A stretch of DNA of 64,000 bases from Candidatus Cloacimonadales bacterium (GTDB lineage Bacteria; Cloacimonadota; Cloacimonadia; Cloacimonadales; JAFGVF01). The position numbers and the translations under genes were made by a program. A model generated the notes under the pieces. It was not told where the DNA came from. It saw nothing but the letters and a program-made list of their open reading frames with translations, and did no database searches. Positions within the stretch are counted from its first letter, which is position 1, and each line of letters starts with the position of its first letter. Shown piece after piece: positions 29,341 to 42,115 of the stretch. Where the stretch lies: NCBI GenBank assembly GCA_963677495.2, contig CAXXOU010000004.1:64001-128000 (forward strand). Direction: 5' to 3'.

Positions 29341-31332
29341 CTATAATGTTAACTTTTGTCCGGGATGTATAATCACAACACCATTACGTTTCTTAAGGTT
29401 ATTCTTAGAAATAATGCTTGATTCGCTAAGACCATATCTCTTTGCAATTGAGTTTATTGACTCACCCGGTTTTACAATGTGGGTGGACGCTGAGCCTTTA
29501 GCTTTCGAAAGAATGATTTTCTGTCCCGGATGCACAACATCATTCTTAAGGTTGTTTAATCTTTTAAGCTCTGCAACCGGGATAAGGTAACGGTCAGCAA
29601 CATGGGATAGTGTTTCTCCACGCTTAATTACATGATAGTTGTCACCACTTTTAGTTACTCCTGTTTTAACACTGGTTGAGGTGCCTAAATAGATCTTCTG
29701 ACCGGGGAATATATTAGTTCCTGATATCCCATTAATAGCTTTAATTTTACGAACCGGGATTATATATTTATCCGCAATATGAGATAGGGTTTCACCTTTT
29801 TTCACAATGTGATAATCAGTACCTTTATCTGATGGTGAAGATCCGGAACTGGTACTAAGCATAAGCTTTTGTCCCGGGTAAATCATATTGTTCTTCATAT
29901 TGTTTATTGCTTTGAGCCGTGATACAGAGATACGGTATTTGTCTGCAATATGCGAGAGAGTTTCTCCTCTGCGTACTGTATGATAACCGGAACCGTCAAT
30001 ATCCCCATATGAACCACTATATAACTTAAGCTTTTGTCCCACACGAATTGTGTTTCTACTAAGTCGGTTAAGAGATTTCAGACTAGCAACAGATGTATTA
30101 TATTTTCTTGCGATATCATAGAGTGTATCACCGCGTTTAACGATGTGATAAGTGTAATATCCGGCATTTGCTTTACCGAACTTACTATTGATTTTAGCAA
30201 GTTTAACATCATCTTTGACCGCTTCTGATGATACTAAAACATCATATTCTCCCGGTGGAAGTACAACGTCATTTATCGCAGTATAACGTTTTCTTTTTCT
30301 CTTAGAGATTTTTATCCAGGGATTATCTTCCCAAAGTACACCCACTGATGTTCCTTGAGCTTTTGCCCAGTCATCAAGCTTATAATGACCTTTAAGCTTT
30401 AGATGCTCAACTCTGTGTGATTCATATATTGGTTTCTCTTTGATGAACTTCTTACCAAATAGTTTCTCTTCGTTTTGGAAGATAATCTTAAGAGCGATTG
30501 CACGCCAAACATAGTCATCAGTTTCTTCTACTCTCAGGATAAGGTCGAAGAAATCAGTAGAACCTTGTTCACGCATAACTCTGGCAATACTACCCGGTCC
30601 TGCATTATAAGCTGCCATTGCTAAAAGCCAGTCATTTGCACCTTTACCTTGAAGGTACTTATAGTTCTGGATTAGGAACTTAGCAGCTGCATCAGTAGCT
30701 TTGAAAAGGTCTCTTCGCTCATCTACGAAAGAGTTAATTTTCAAACCGAGACTTTTGCCTGTTTTTGGCATAATCTGCCACATTCCAACAGCACCGACTG
30801 ATGAATTGGCAAGATTACTAAGGTGACTTTCTGCTACGGCTAAGTATTTAGCATCAAGTGGTATGCTATACTCTGTGAAGACAGAATCAAAAACAGGGAA
30901 ATACTTTCCTGAACGAGGGATAACTTTGTAAGCATACTTGGTTTCACGTTTGAATATCTTTTCAAACTTAGCTCTGGTTCTTTCACTGGTAAGGTCAACT
31001 AATCTTCCAGCGAAAGTGATTGTATCTGGAATCACAAATTCATTACTTGCAACAACCTGGCTTTTAGCATCTTCAAGTGAGTTGTTAAGGATTTCCAATT
31101 CGTAATAGAGTGAATCAATTGTAGTGTATAATGTATCTATAACAGAGTAGAGCGAATCAACTTCTATTTCTCTGGCATTAAGCTCAATTATTAGCTCGTT
31201 GTTATTCAGTTCTGAGTAGTTGATTTCAGGTTTTGTATTCTTTTGCTCAATATTATCTAACTTATCAGTCTTAAAAACTGCACATCCATTTATTATGATT
31301 ATTGCCAATAAGGCTAAAACTTTGTAATTCAT
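29341..31332 (-). CDS. MltD-like lytic transglycosylase lipoprotein with five LysM domains
   Basis: Lipobox NGC; AES, GAVGMWQIMP, AAYNAG, ET..YV; five H.V..G(D/E)(T/S)L..IA..Y repeats. Confidence 0.9.
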   Translation of the reverse strand: MNYKVLALLAIIIINGCAVFKTDKLDNIEQKNTKPEINYSELNNNELIIELNAREIEVDSLYSVIDTLYTTIDSLYYELEILNNSLEDAKSQVVASNEFVIPDTITFAGRLVDLTSERTRAKFEKIFKRETKYAYKVIPRSGKYFPVFDSVFTEYSIPLDAKYLAVAESHLSNLANSSVGAVGMWQIMPKTGKSLGLKINSFVDERRDLFKATDAAAKFLIQNYKYLQGKGANDWLLAMAAYNAGPGSIARVMREQGSTDFFDLILRVEETDDYVWRAIALKIIFQNEEKLFGKKFIKEKPIYESHRVEHLKLKGHYKLDDWAKAQGTSVGVLWEDNPWIKISKRKRKRYTAINDVVLPPGEYDVLVSSEAVKDDVKLAKINSKFGKANAGYYTYHIVKRGDTLYDIARKYNTSVASLKSLNRLSRNTIRVGQKLKLYSGSYGDIDGSGYHTVRRGETLSHIADKYRISVSRLKAINNMKNNMIYPGQKLMLSTSSGSSPSDKGTDYHIVKKGETLSHIADKYIIPVRKIKAINGISGTNIFPGQKIYLGTSTSVKTGVTKSGDNYHVIKRGETLSHVADRYLIPVAELKRLNNLKNDVVHPGQKIILSKAKGSASTHIVKPGESINSIAKRYGLSESSIISKNNLKKRNGVVIIHPGQKLTL

Positions 31333-31510
31333 TTAGTACCACCTGCTATACAGGAAATTAGCTGATAGATTGAAGTCAAGTATTAAAGAAAAGATATGCT
31401 ATTATTAAACATCCCTACAAAGAAGATGAACCGCTTTCAATTATTATCTTGACAAGTCACGAATCAAGGTTTACTACTTGTACCTAATTTCATGTAAAAA
31501 GGAGGCTTAT

Positions 31511-33889
31511 ATGAAAAAGAGTTTATTTTTTTTGTTTCTATTTGTTGCACTTTTTTTGTCAGCTCAGTGGACTGACGATCTTTCTATGAATACAGTGATT
31601 GCTTCTGACTCTCAAGATCAGGAGTTTAATGACTATCTGGATATGCCTGCAGATTATACTGTCGTTGAGATTCCCGCAGGTACAGTTATTGTCTGGGATG
31701 ATGAAAATGGTAATGGTTATGACATAAGAGCACAACTTATTGATGAGATGGGCTACTTTCAATGGGGTGCTAACGGTGTGGCTGTTTGTGTTGATGCCGG
31801 AGATCAGAAGCTACCTTCTGTTGTTGCTGACGGTGATGATGGAGTCTTAGTATTTTGGCAAGATGAAGGTGGCTTAGATAGAGATATTTATGCACAAAAG
31901 ATTAACAGTAGTGGTGCCTTAGTCTGGGGGAGCAAACTGGCTATCGATAGCTCAGTAGGTAATCAGATATATCCGGTTGCTTGCTCAGATGGAGCAGGTG
32001 GTGCGTTTATTGCTTACTCCCATTATAATGGGTCTGATTATGATATCTATGCTGAAAGAGTTGCATCAGATGGTACTGAATATTGGAACTATGCGATATG
32101 TACAGCTTCGCAACATCAGTTATATCCTGTTGTCCTTCCTGATGGCTCCGGAGGAGCTGTTATGGCTTGGGAGGATAATAGAAGTCCTGCACTTCTCACT
32201 GATATATATGGTCAGAAAATCGATGAGAACGGAACAATCATGTGGACTCCTACAGGATTACCTATTGCCGTAGCGTCACAGGATCAAGATGATCCTGTAA
32301 TTGCTTCTGATGAGTTGGGAGGTATGTACATCACTTGGAATGACTACAGAGATGGCAGACATTATGATGTCTTCCTACAGCGCGTGTACAGTGATGGCTC
32401 GATGTGGTCATCAAAAGCAGATATTGGAGATGGTGGGGCAGACGATTTCTGGCCTGCTCTTGATAATAATGGCTCTGAAGGTGCTTTCATCTCCTGGTGG
32501 GAAGATATGGGAAGCAGTGGTGATGATATAAACGTAACATATGTGTTGAGTGATGGTACAATTGTTTTCGAAACAGGAGTTGTAACTGATACTGCTGATA
32601 GAACCAGTCCGGCTTTAACATGCGATGACAATGGCAATGCCTATATCAGCTTTGGTGACCAAAGAGACGGTTCTGCTGTTGTTTGGATGCAGAAAATGGA
32701 TACTACCGGTACTAAATTATGGACTGATGACGGTGTCGCGACTAATACAGGAACTAATCCGGGAGCAAACTCATTTATGCATATTACTGATAACGAGTAT
32801 GTAATTTGTTTCTGGGAGGTTGGTAATAATGAAGATATATATTGCCAAGCATTTACCGATCAAGGTAATGCACCAAACTCTGAAAGAAATGCTGTTTCAA
32901 GCACAGGACTTTACTTCTACTTTGATGTCGGTATTGAGCTTGATTTCGACTCTGTCAGTGGATCCGGTAATGTTGATATCGCATTGGCACAAGAGCAGAT
33001 CACCGGAGTGGGGATAACAAATCCTGCTTCAGCTTGGTGGCGTATTGAGGAAGAGGCAGGTATTACCGGTTTTACCACTGATATTGTCTTCGATTACTCA
33101 CCTTATCAAGCAGAATTTGATGAGAACCTACTCAAAATCTTCGTTAATGAAGGTGCCGGTTGGCTAGAGTATCCTAATTTTACTATAGATACTGTAGGAA
33201 AGACAATTACTGCACTTGGAGCAACAGATTTTAGTGATTGGACTCTTGGTGAAGATATTGATGATCCCCTACCTGTTACACTTTCATCTTTTACTGCTAC
33301 ACTTAATGTAAACGATGATGTGGAACTTCAATGGGTAGTTGAATCTGAAACCGGTATTGTCGGTTATAACATCTACAGGAATGAAGAAGAGGAGCTAGAG
33401 TACTCTGATTGCATGAATAATCTTATTCTACCTGCAACTAACAACTCGCAAGTTCATGAATACTCCTATGTTGATATTGAAGCTGAAGAGGGCTACACCT
33501 ATAACTATTGGTTACAGAGTGTTGAGATAGATGGTACAACAACATTCTATGGACCGGTAATGATAACAATCGCATCAGAGGATGAGGGAGAGGAGGTTGA
33601 AACTCCAACTCTCAAGAACGATTTAATCTCAATCTACCCCAATCCATTCAATCCAACAACTACTGTTTTATTCTCTTTGAAAGAGATAGGAGATGTGAAA
33701 ATTGATATGTATAACTTGAAAGGGCAACTTGTCAAAACACAATTATTAGCAAATCAAGATGGCGGCAATCATGCTTATAGACTCGATGCAATAAGTGATA
33801 ATGGTTCAAAACTATCAAGTGGAGTTTATCAACTCAAAGTTACTATGGATGGTGAAACCTTTTCGAGTAAAGTAGTTCTGCTTAAATAA
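31511..33889 (+). CDS. Secreted beta-propeller-like repeat protein with Ig domain and FlgD-Ig/T9SS-like CTD
   Basis: GGAGG RBS; signal peptide; repeated DG.GG....W.D.R..DIYAQ; PLPVTLSSF; YPNPFNP..KVVLLK. Confidence 0.8.
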   Translation: MKKSLFFLFLFVALFLSAQWTDDLSMNTVIASDSQDQEFNDYLDMPADYTVVEIPAGTVIVWDDENGNGYDIRAQLIDEMGYFQWGANGVAVCVDAGDQKLPSVVADGDDGVLVFWQDEGGLDRDIYAQKINSSGALVWGSKLAIDSSVGNQIYPVACSDGAGGAFIAYSHYNGSDYDIYAERVASDGTEYWNYAICTASQHQLYPVVLPDGSGGAVMAWEDNRSPALLTDIYGQKIDENGTIMWTPTGLPIAVASQDQDDPVIASDELGGMYITWNDYRDGRHYDVFLQRVYSDGSMWSSKADIGDGGADDFWPALDNNGSEGAFISWWEDMGSSGDDINVTYVLSDGTIVFETGVVTDTADRTSPALTCDDNGNAYISFGDQRDGSAVVWMQKMDTTGTKLWTDDGVATNTGTNPGANSFMHITDNEYVICFWEVGNNEDIYCQAFTDQGNAPNSERNAVSSTGLYFYFDVGIELDFDSVSGSGNVDIALAQEQITGVGITNPASAWWRIEEEAGITGFTTDIVFDYSPYQAEFDENLLKIFVNEGAGWLEYPNFTIDTVGKTITALGATDFSDWTLGEDIDDPLPVTLSSFTATLNVNDDVELQWVVESETGIVGYNIYRNEEEELEYSDCMNNLILPATNNSQVHEYSYVDIEAEEGYTYNYWLQSVEIDGTTTFYGPVMITIASEDEGEEVETPTLKNDLISIYPNPFNPTTTVLFSLKEIGDVKIDMYNLKGQLVKTQLLANQDGGNHAYRLDAISDNGSKLSSGVYQLKVTMDGETFSSKVVLLK

Positions 33890-33940
33890 GAGTTATTATC
33901 AGGCAATATAAAAAGTTAACATTTCTCTAGCGAGGAATTG

Positions 33941-33975
33941 GTGGCTGTTGGCAATGTCAGCAGCCATTTCTTTTT
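33941..33975 (+). terminator. Intrinsic terminator
   Basis: TGGCTGTTGGC-AAT-GTCAGCAGCCA followed by TTTCTTTTT. Confidence 0.7.
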
Positions 33976-34033
33976 GTCAGTTATTCTGATTACTTTCAGT
34001 TGGACAAATCTTTTCATCAAAACGTAGTCATCT

Positions 34034-34123
34034 CACTGTTCTCCCACTGTGCACGCACTGTGAACCCAGTGAAACAGTGGGTTGGCAGTGCCTTCACAGT
34101 GCGTGCACAGTGCAGACACAGTG
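34034..34123. repeat. 11-bp-phased palindrome, family A, second copy
   Basis: CACTG at 34034,34045,34056, CAGTG variant at 34067; CAGTG at 34075,34086,34097,34108,34119. Confidence 0.9.
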
Positions 34124-34173
34124 GGTGGGTGGAAACTGGAATAAAAGAGAGTGAAAAGGGCAAAAAATGTCGC

Positions 34174-34710
34174 TAAGTTCTTGGTAAAGGCACTGTGTAT
34201 GTCTCTTTAGGACTTGCTCCGCAACGAAGTGTGGGGCGAGAACGAAATTCAGAGATATGCGACTTCGAAGTGCATTTCAGGAAGTCCGTTGCCTTATCTG
34301 GCGGACAAACTCCCTGAAATGCTGTAAGTCATTGCAAAAGCCACTGTGTATGTCTCTCTGAGCGAAGTTAATGAAGTGAAACGAAATGAACGAAGTCGAA
34401 CCGACGACCAACGGGAGGAGCTCGTAAGCCGATAGGCGCACAACTTCCGGGTCGCTCAGGTGGCTTTAGAGAATTTATGATAGAGTATTGACTTATCTTT
34501 TAGTGTTTTCCTTCGGAAAATAGCTTTTCATTAGTTGGGAGACTAAAGCTATCGGTGAGTTCCCTCTACTCGTTCATACTTCACTCGATCGGGATGAGAG
34601 GCTTTGCGGTCACCCTTACGACCAACGGGAGTTCAGGGATTTGCGTACTTCGAAGTGCATTTTAGGAAGTCCGTTGCTTTATCGGGCCGACAAACTCCCT
34701 GAAATGCGGT
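34174..34710. repeat. Two copies of the 28-bp repeat followed by REP-like cassettes
   Basis: TAAGTTCTTGGTAAAGGCACTGTGTATG (34174) and TAAGTCATTGCAAAAGCCACTGTGTATG (34325); ACGACCAACGGGAG twice; CTTCGAAGTGCATTT..CCCTGAAATGC twice. Confidence 0.85.
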
Positions 34711-34804
34711 AAATTATTGTAGTATAACAGTAATCTACTGTTAACATATATGTTAGATGATATGATTGGTAGCTTGTAACTTAGAAGTAAATACAAATAA
34801 CTCT

Positions 34805-34833
34805 TTGACAGAAAATGAGCTATGATATAATAT
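34805..34833 (+). promoter_or_regulatory. Sigma70-type promoter of the tilS operon
   Basis: TTGACA followed by TGaTATAAT/TAATAT. Confidence 0.55.
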
Positions 34834-34864
34834 AACATGACAAAGAAAATAGGAAGGTTTAAAC

Positions 34865-36295
34865 ATGACTTACAGTGAGAGTTTTTTAGCCAAATTCGAA
34901 GAATACGCTTTAAAAGAAAAGCTCTTTTCAGATAATGACAAACTACTTGTAGGGGTCTCCGGTGGGGCAGATTCGATAGCGTTATTGTATGCACTTTACC
35001 AACTTAGTATTAAGTATCAGCTCTTTCTGTTAGTGGCACATGTTAATTATAGATTAAGGGGAAAAGAATCTCAGGCGGATGAGAAATTTGTGAAGAACTT
35101 CTGTTTTGATCGCAATATATCCCTTGTAATAAAAGACCAGAAACTTGATCCGGAGCAACCCGGATTAGAAGATAAAGCACGTCAGATAAGGTTAGATTTC
35201 TTCAAGAAACTTTCCCCTAAATATGGTATAAAGGCGATTGCTCTTGGGCATCATAAAGAGGACCAGGCAGAAACTGTGCTCATGAAAGCACTCAGAGGAG
35301 CAGGCTACACCGGTTTAAAAGGTATACAGCCAAAGAGTGAGGATATCATACATCCACTTCTACCATTTTCTAAAGATGAGATAAAGCAATACCTTACAGA
35401 ACAGGGAATCGAATGGCGTGAAGATAAATCCAATGCTGAGAATGAATTTACCAGAAACAAGCTTAGAAATCAGATGATCCCTTGGATTAAAGAAAACCTT
35501 AATCCTAACATTATCGATCAATTGAACCTTCTTGGTAGCATTTTTGCCGACACAGATGAGTTTATGTATGAGTCAGCTAAGCATAAGTTTAGGCACCTTA
35601 GAGAACTCTCAAAAGATGGTAAAACTATCTTCTCTATTCCTGATCTCAGACGTGAAAACAGTAGTTTGCTCTTTTATGTTTTTAGACTTGCTTATGCATA
35701 TTACAGCTTTACAGAGAAAGATTTCTATTTTAATAACTATAAAGAGATAGTGAACATCATGGACTCAGAAGCCAGTAAGTATATTACGCTTCCGCACGAA
35801 GTTTATGTTGTGAAAGAGTATGATAAGCTTATATTTACAGATGAAGATCCTATCTTCCAACCGGATGAAACAGAGAAGACTATTGATAGTATCAGAAGCA
35901 GATTCAGTTTCGGTGACTATATCTTTAGTATGAAGAAGCTAAAAATGCTCCCTAAAGGCCAACCTTTCCTAGATAAGAATGTTGCATATTTAGATTATGA
36001 AAGTGTTACTTTTCCGTTAGTTGTACGTTACAGAACTGATGGTGACAGCTTTGTTCCTTATGGTATGGTTGGAGAGAAGAAACTGAAAGATTTTTTCATT
36101 GACGAAAAGGTGCCTAAATTTGACAGAGATAGGATACCATTAATAACAGATGGTGAAAATATTATTTGGGTTGGTGGACACCGAATTAGTAATAATTATC
36201 GGTTGAGTAACGAGTCCAAAGGAATTTTAATGATTAAGATGGAAAGGAAGAGCAGACTCAAACATCGCTCAGCCTCTCGATATGGGAATGAATAA
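34865..36295 (+). CDS. tilS: tRNA(Ile)-lysidine synthetase
   Basis: VSGGADS PP-loop, HVNYRLRG, GHHKEDQAET, EDKSN..RNKLR, C-terminal KKLKDFFID. Confidence 0.95.
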   Translation: MTYSESFLAKFEEYALKEKLFSDNDKLLVGVSGGADSIALLYALYQLSIKYQLFLLVAHVNYRLRGKESQADEKFVKNFCFDRNISLVIKDQKLDPEQPGLEDKARQIRLDFFKKLSPKYGIKAIALGHHKEDQAETVLMKALRGAGYTGLKGIQPKSEDIIHPLLPFSKDEIKQYLTEQGIEWREDKSNAENEFTRNKLRNQMIPWIKENLNPNIIDQLNLLGSIFADTDEFMYESAKHKFRHLRELSKDGKTIFSIPDLRRENSSLLFYVFRLAYAYYSFTEKDFYFNNYKEIVNIMDSEASKYITLPHEVYVVKEYDKLIFTDEDPIFQPDETEKTIDSIRSRFSFGDYIFSMKKLKMLPKGQPFLDKNVAYLDYESVTFPLVVRYRTDGDSFVPYGMVGEKKLKDFFIDEKVPKFDRDRIPLITDGENIIWVGGHRISNNYRLSNESKGILMIKMERKSRLKHRSASRYGNE

Positions 36296-36831
36296 TGATT
36301 AATGATATAGAAAAGATATTGATGTCTGAAGCGGACATTGCTAACAAGATTAAAGAGCTTGGTGATAAGATAACTTCTGACTTTGCAGGTAAAGAACCAG
36401 TTTTTGTTTGTGTTCTAAAAGGTGCTTCTCTCTTTATGAGTGACCTTATTAGAGCTGTGAACCTTCCTTGTTCTATAGACTTTATGGCTATCTCAAGTTA
36501 TGGAGATAGTACTGTCTCATCCGGTGTGGTTAGAATTAAGAAAGATATCGACACTGATTTAACAGGTAAAGATGTTATAATTGTAGAAGATATAGTTGAT
36601 TCCGGTCTTTCACTTGAGTACATTCGCTCATATCTTGCAAAACACAACCCGAATTCCGTGAATGTTTGTGTTCTGCTTGATAAACCAAAAGCACATAAAA
36701 CTGAAGTGCATATTGACTATGTCGGTTTTGAAGTTGGTAACGAGTTTGTTGTTGGGTATGGACTGGACTTTGCTAATAAATATAGAAATCTTCCCTATAT
36801 CGGTATCTTAAAAGAGGAAGTTTATAGATGA
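36295..36831 (+). CDS. hpt: Hypoxanthine phosphoribosyltransferase
   Basis: [35 protein letters not shown]. Confidence 0.96.
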   Translation: MINDIEKILMSEADIANKIKELGDKITSDFAGKEPVFVCVLKGASLFMSDLIRAVNLPCSIDFMAISSYGDSTVSSGVVRIKKDIDTDLTGKDVIIVEDIVDSGLSLEYIRSYLAKHNPNSVNVCVLLDKPKAHKTEVHIDYVGFEVGNEFVVGYGLDFANKYRNLPYIGILKEEVYR

Positions 36832-38884
36832 ACAACGAACAAGACCCAAAGCAGAATAAAAAGATGCCTAATCCCTTTAACCAGAAGCGTTCAAAGAACC
36901 TGACTTTCTGGATAGTGCTTATCCTCCTGATAGTAGTTCTCTATCAGATGTTCGGAATGAGTAGAGGTAAGGTAGTCGAAATTGACTACACTAATTTTGT
37001 GACAAAAGTGAACTCTCAGCAGATAGAGGAAGTTATGTTCATGGAGCAGGATCTCATGATCAAAGATGTTGCAGGAACTAAGTACCATACATATCTTCCA
37101 CCAGAGACAACCGGACTAACAGAGATGTTGGTGGAAAATGGTGTAATGGTTAAATCAACAAAACCATCTATTTGGCGTGGACTTATTTGGAATCTTTTAC
37201 CAATCATTCTTCTGATAGGATTCTGGTTATTCATGATGAGAGGTATGAATAACAATAACAGTAGAGCTTTTAGTTTTGGAAAAAGCAAAGCACGCCTTTA
37301 TAAGGGTGATAAGACCAGAATAACATTCAAAGATGTTGCCGGAGTTGAGGAAGCTAAAGAGGAGCTTGAGGAGATTGTGGATTTCCTTAAAGACCCTAAG
37401 AAGTTTCAGAAACTCGGAGGTCGTATCCCACGTGGTGTACTTCTTGCAGGCAGACCGGGTACAGGTAAAACCCTTTTAGCAAAAGCGGTAGCAGGAGAGG
37501 CTAAAGTTCCTTTCTTCACAATTAGTGGTTCTGACTTTGTTGAGATGTTCGTAGGTGTGGGTGCAGCTCGTGTAAGAGACCTTTTTGAACAAGCAAAACG
37601 CAATGCACCATGTATTGCTTTTATTGATGAAATTGACGCAGTTGGTCGTCATCGTGGATCAGGACTCGGTGGTGGACATGATGAGAGAGAGCAGACACTT
37701 AACCAGCTTCTTGTTCAGATGGACGGTTTTGAAGAGAATGATGCTGTTATCATTATTGCTGCAACTAATAGACCTGATATTCTAGACCCTGCTCTTCTGA
37801 GACCGGGTCGATTTGACAGACAGGTTATGGTTGACCTACCTGATATTAACGGTCGCTATGAGATTCTCAAAGTGCATTCGAGAAAAGTTCCATTAACTGA
37901 CGATGTTAATCTGAAAGTTATTGCTCGTGGTACACCTGGATTCAGTGGTGCTGACCTTGCAAACCTTGTTAATGAAGCAGCCCTTATTGCTGCTAGAAAA
38001 AGTAAAGCAGGTATCGAAGCTGATGACTTTGAAGATGCAAAAGATAAGGTAACACTTGGAAAAGCTAAGAAGAGTCGTGTAATCAGTGAAGATGAACGCA
38101 GAGTTACTGCTTACCATGAGGTTGGTCATGTACTTTGCTCTATCTTCCAGGAGAAGAACTGAAACCTGTTCATAAAGTAACTATCATTCCACGTGGTTTC
38201 ACAGGTGGTGCAACTCACTATATGGGTGATGACAAATCAAACTATTCACGAGAATATCTCTTCCAGATGATTGTTAGCCTTCTTGGTGGCAGAGCTGCTG
38301 AAGAGGTGAAGTTCAAAGAGGTAACCACCGGTGCCGGTAATGATATTGATAGAGCTACTGATTTAGCTAAAAAGATGGTTACAAATTGGGGTATGAGTGA
38401 GAAAGTTGGACCAATCCGTATTGGTAAACAGCAAGAGGAAGTATTCCTTGGTAAAGAGATTGGTCATCGTGATTTCTATAGTGATGACACAGCACGGGTG
38501 ATTGATTCTGAGATTAGAGCCTTAATCGATAATGCACATAGTACAGCTTTAAGAATAATGAGCGAAAACTCAGAGCTTATGGATACTTTATCTGAGAAGC
38601 TTCTTGTGACTGAGACCTTGAATACTGACGAGATTTTTGATATTATCTTTGAGAGCTGTAAACCTGAAATGCGTGAGCTTGTGGAGAAGAAGTTCCAGAA
38701 AGCTAGTGAAATGCGATTTGATGACAGGCTAGAGCAGGAGAAGAAAGAGAATACTATAGAATCTGAGCAACCTGACCTTTTTAGTGATGATGAGATTGAT
38801 GAACTTACTGAGACTCTCGTAAATGAAGAGGTCTCTAATGATGAAACTAAGGTTGAGGATGAGAAAGATAAAACTGAGGATTAG
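36828..38884 (+). CDS. ftsH: ATP-dependent zinc metalloprotease FtsH, split by a frameshift near 38150-38165
   Basis: Two TM segments, [35 protein letters not shown] in ORF 36828-38162; [24 protein letters not shown] in ORF 38135-38884. Confidence 0.93.
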
Positions 38885-38907
38885 AATCCTCTTCCAATAG
38901 ATATTCA

Positions 38908-38943
38908 AGCCCTGACCGGCTTAGTTCGGTCACGGCTTTTTTT
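38908..38943 (+). terminator. Intrinsic terminator after ftsH
   Basis: AGCCCTGACCGG-CTTAGT-TCGGTCACGGCT followed by T run. Confidence 0.7.
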
Positions 38944-38968
38944 GTAATTAATACCTAAGGAGAAATAG

Positions 38969-40431
<1,463 letters not shown>

Positions 40432-40432
<1 letters not shown>

Positions 40433-41349
40433 TGTCCATTAGTGATCATAAAGTCTTAGACCCGCAGAAAACTGCGGGTCTGAACAATTATCTCTTCTTT
40501 CTGAAGATTGAGAAAGGGCTTAGCCCTAATAGTATAGAAAGCTATAAACGTGACCTTCTTGATTTTCTCTTGTATGATGACTTTGCAAAGAAGCTTGATA
40601 AATACACATCTGATGATGTTTTAAACTATCTCGTTAGCCTTCAAGAGATAGGTCTGATGAATACATCCATTGCAAGAAAGAGAAGTGCTCTTAAGTCATT
40701 CTTCCTTTTCCTCAAAGATGAGGGAGAGGAGATAGATGTAGACTTCGATACTATCCCATCTATTAAATACGGTCAAAAACTTCCGGAGATACTTAGTGTT
40801 GACCAGATGTTGCAACTACTTAGAGCTGTAGAACCAACAGATCATACACCTCTTAGAAACAGAGCAATGCTGGAATTACTCTATGCTACAGGAATGCGTG
40901 TCTCAGAGATGTTATCGCTTAGTGTTCATAACATAGACTGGCAGGAAAGGGTTGTGCTGATTCATGGCAAAGGTCGTAAGCAACGTATTGTACCAATGGC
41001 AGATATAGCTTTTAATTATGTTGAGAAGTATAGATTGGAATCACGACCATATTTCAAGAAACACAACGATACAGACATCCTCTTCTTAAACAGATTCAGT
41101 AACCAAATGAGTCGCATGGGTTTTTGGAAGATCGTGCAGGAATCAGCTAAAAAGGCAGGCTTGCGAGTCCATATCTCTCCCCATACTTTTAGGCATAGTT
41201 TCGCAACTCATCTTTTGGAAGCCGGTGCCAACCTTAGAATAGTTCAAGAGCTACTCGGACATTCCAGTCTTAATACAACACAAATCTATACAAACATTGA
41301 TACTTCCCACTTAATTGAGGTACATAAGCAATATCATCCTCGCGGGTAA
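40432..41349 (+). CDS. xerD: Tyrosine recombinase XerD-type
   Basis: LYATGMRVSE, GKGRKQRIVP, SPHTFRHSFATHLL, LLGH, TQIYT, terminal HPRG. Confidence 0.88.
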
Positions 41350-41446
41350 GTCTACTATAATATCTATAGCTACTTTACCAAAAACAATTGACAATATAAG
41401 CTATATCAAAAACATATTCTTAAGAAATAAACACTAGGAAAGAGAT

Positions 41447-41782
41447 ATGTTTAATTTGAATGGAAAGAAATATCCATGCTGCACCAGCCTTACAATGGCT
41501 GTTATAGGTGGCAAATGGAAGTCTGTAATCTTGTACCACCTTATGGAAGGTCCTCTCAGATATAGTGAGCTAAGAAATAAAATAGAAGGTATAACAGAGA
41601 GAACCTTGAGTATACAGCTTAAAAAACTTGAAGAGGATGGGATTGTCTCTCGTAAAGTTTACGTAGATTTCGCACCAATCAAGGTTGAATATGCCCTCAC
41701 AGAATGTGGAGAGACTCTAAAGCCACTGCTTAATTCGATTGCTGAGTGGGGTGAACAATACGCTAACTGTAAGTTGCACTAG
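41447..41782 (+). CDS. HxlR family winged-helix transcriptional regulator
   Basis: IGGKWK, LRYSEL, LS.QLK.LE.DG, P.KVEY.LT..G. Confidence 0.92.
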   Translation: MFNLNGKKYPCCTSLTMAVIGGKWKSVILYHLMEGPLRYSELRNKIEGITERTLSIQLKKLEEDGIVSRKVYVDFAPIKVEYALTECGETLKPLLNSIAEWGEQYANCKLH

Positions 41783-41823
41783 AGCAGCTACAATATGTAG
41801 AAGTAATACTTCTAGCATACACT

Positions 41824-42112
41824 GGGTACGCAGACATCTTGTCCGCATTAAATGGGTACCCCGGCATCTTGCCGGGAAAAAGGCAGCGGACAAGTTGTCG
41901 ACGAAACAAGTATAATCTTTTTTGGGAAGATGATACCTTTCACTATTGATTAACCTCAAAGAATTAAGGGAGTTTGCCGGAACTTCATGATAATGAAGTG
42001 AAAGCCGACTTCCGTGATTCTTTGAAGTGGCGGGATAAACGCCCCGGAGAGACGTTTTACGTAATTCAGCGGTCTCGGCTGAGAAACCAACGCCCCAAAG
42101 AGACGTTTTACG
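41824..42112. repeat. REP-like mosaic
   Basis: GGGTACGCAGACATCTTGTCCGC and GGGTACCCCGGCATCTTGCCGGG hairpins; AACGCCCC..GAGACGTTTTACG twice, with an inverted copy at 48332-48405. Confidence 0.8.
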
Positions 42113-42115
42113 TTC

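Noticed and set aside
34662..34994. 110-aa antisense ORF and similar antisense or overlapping ORFs throughout (e.g. within ppdK, guaB and the kinase gene)
   Set aside because: Shadow frames of well-supported genes, with no RBS or recognisable motifs.
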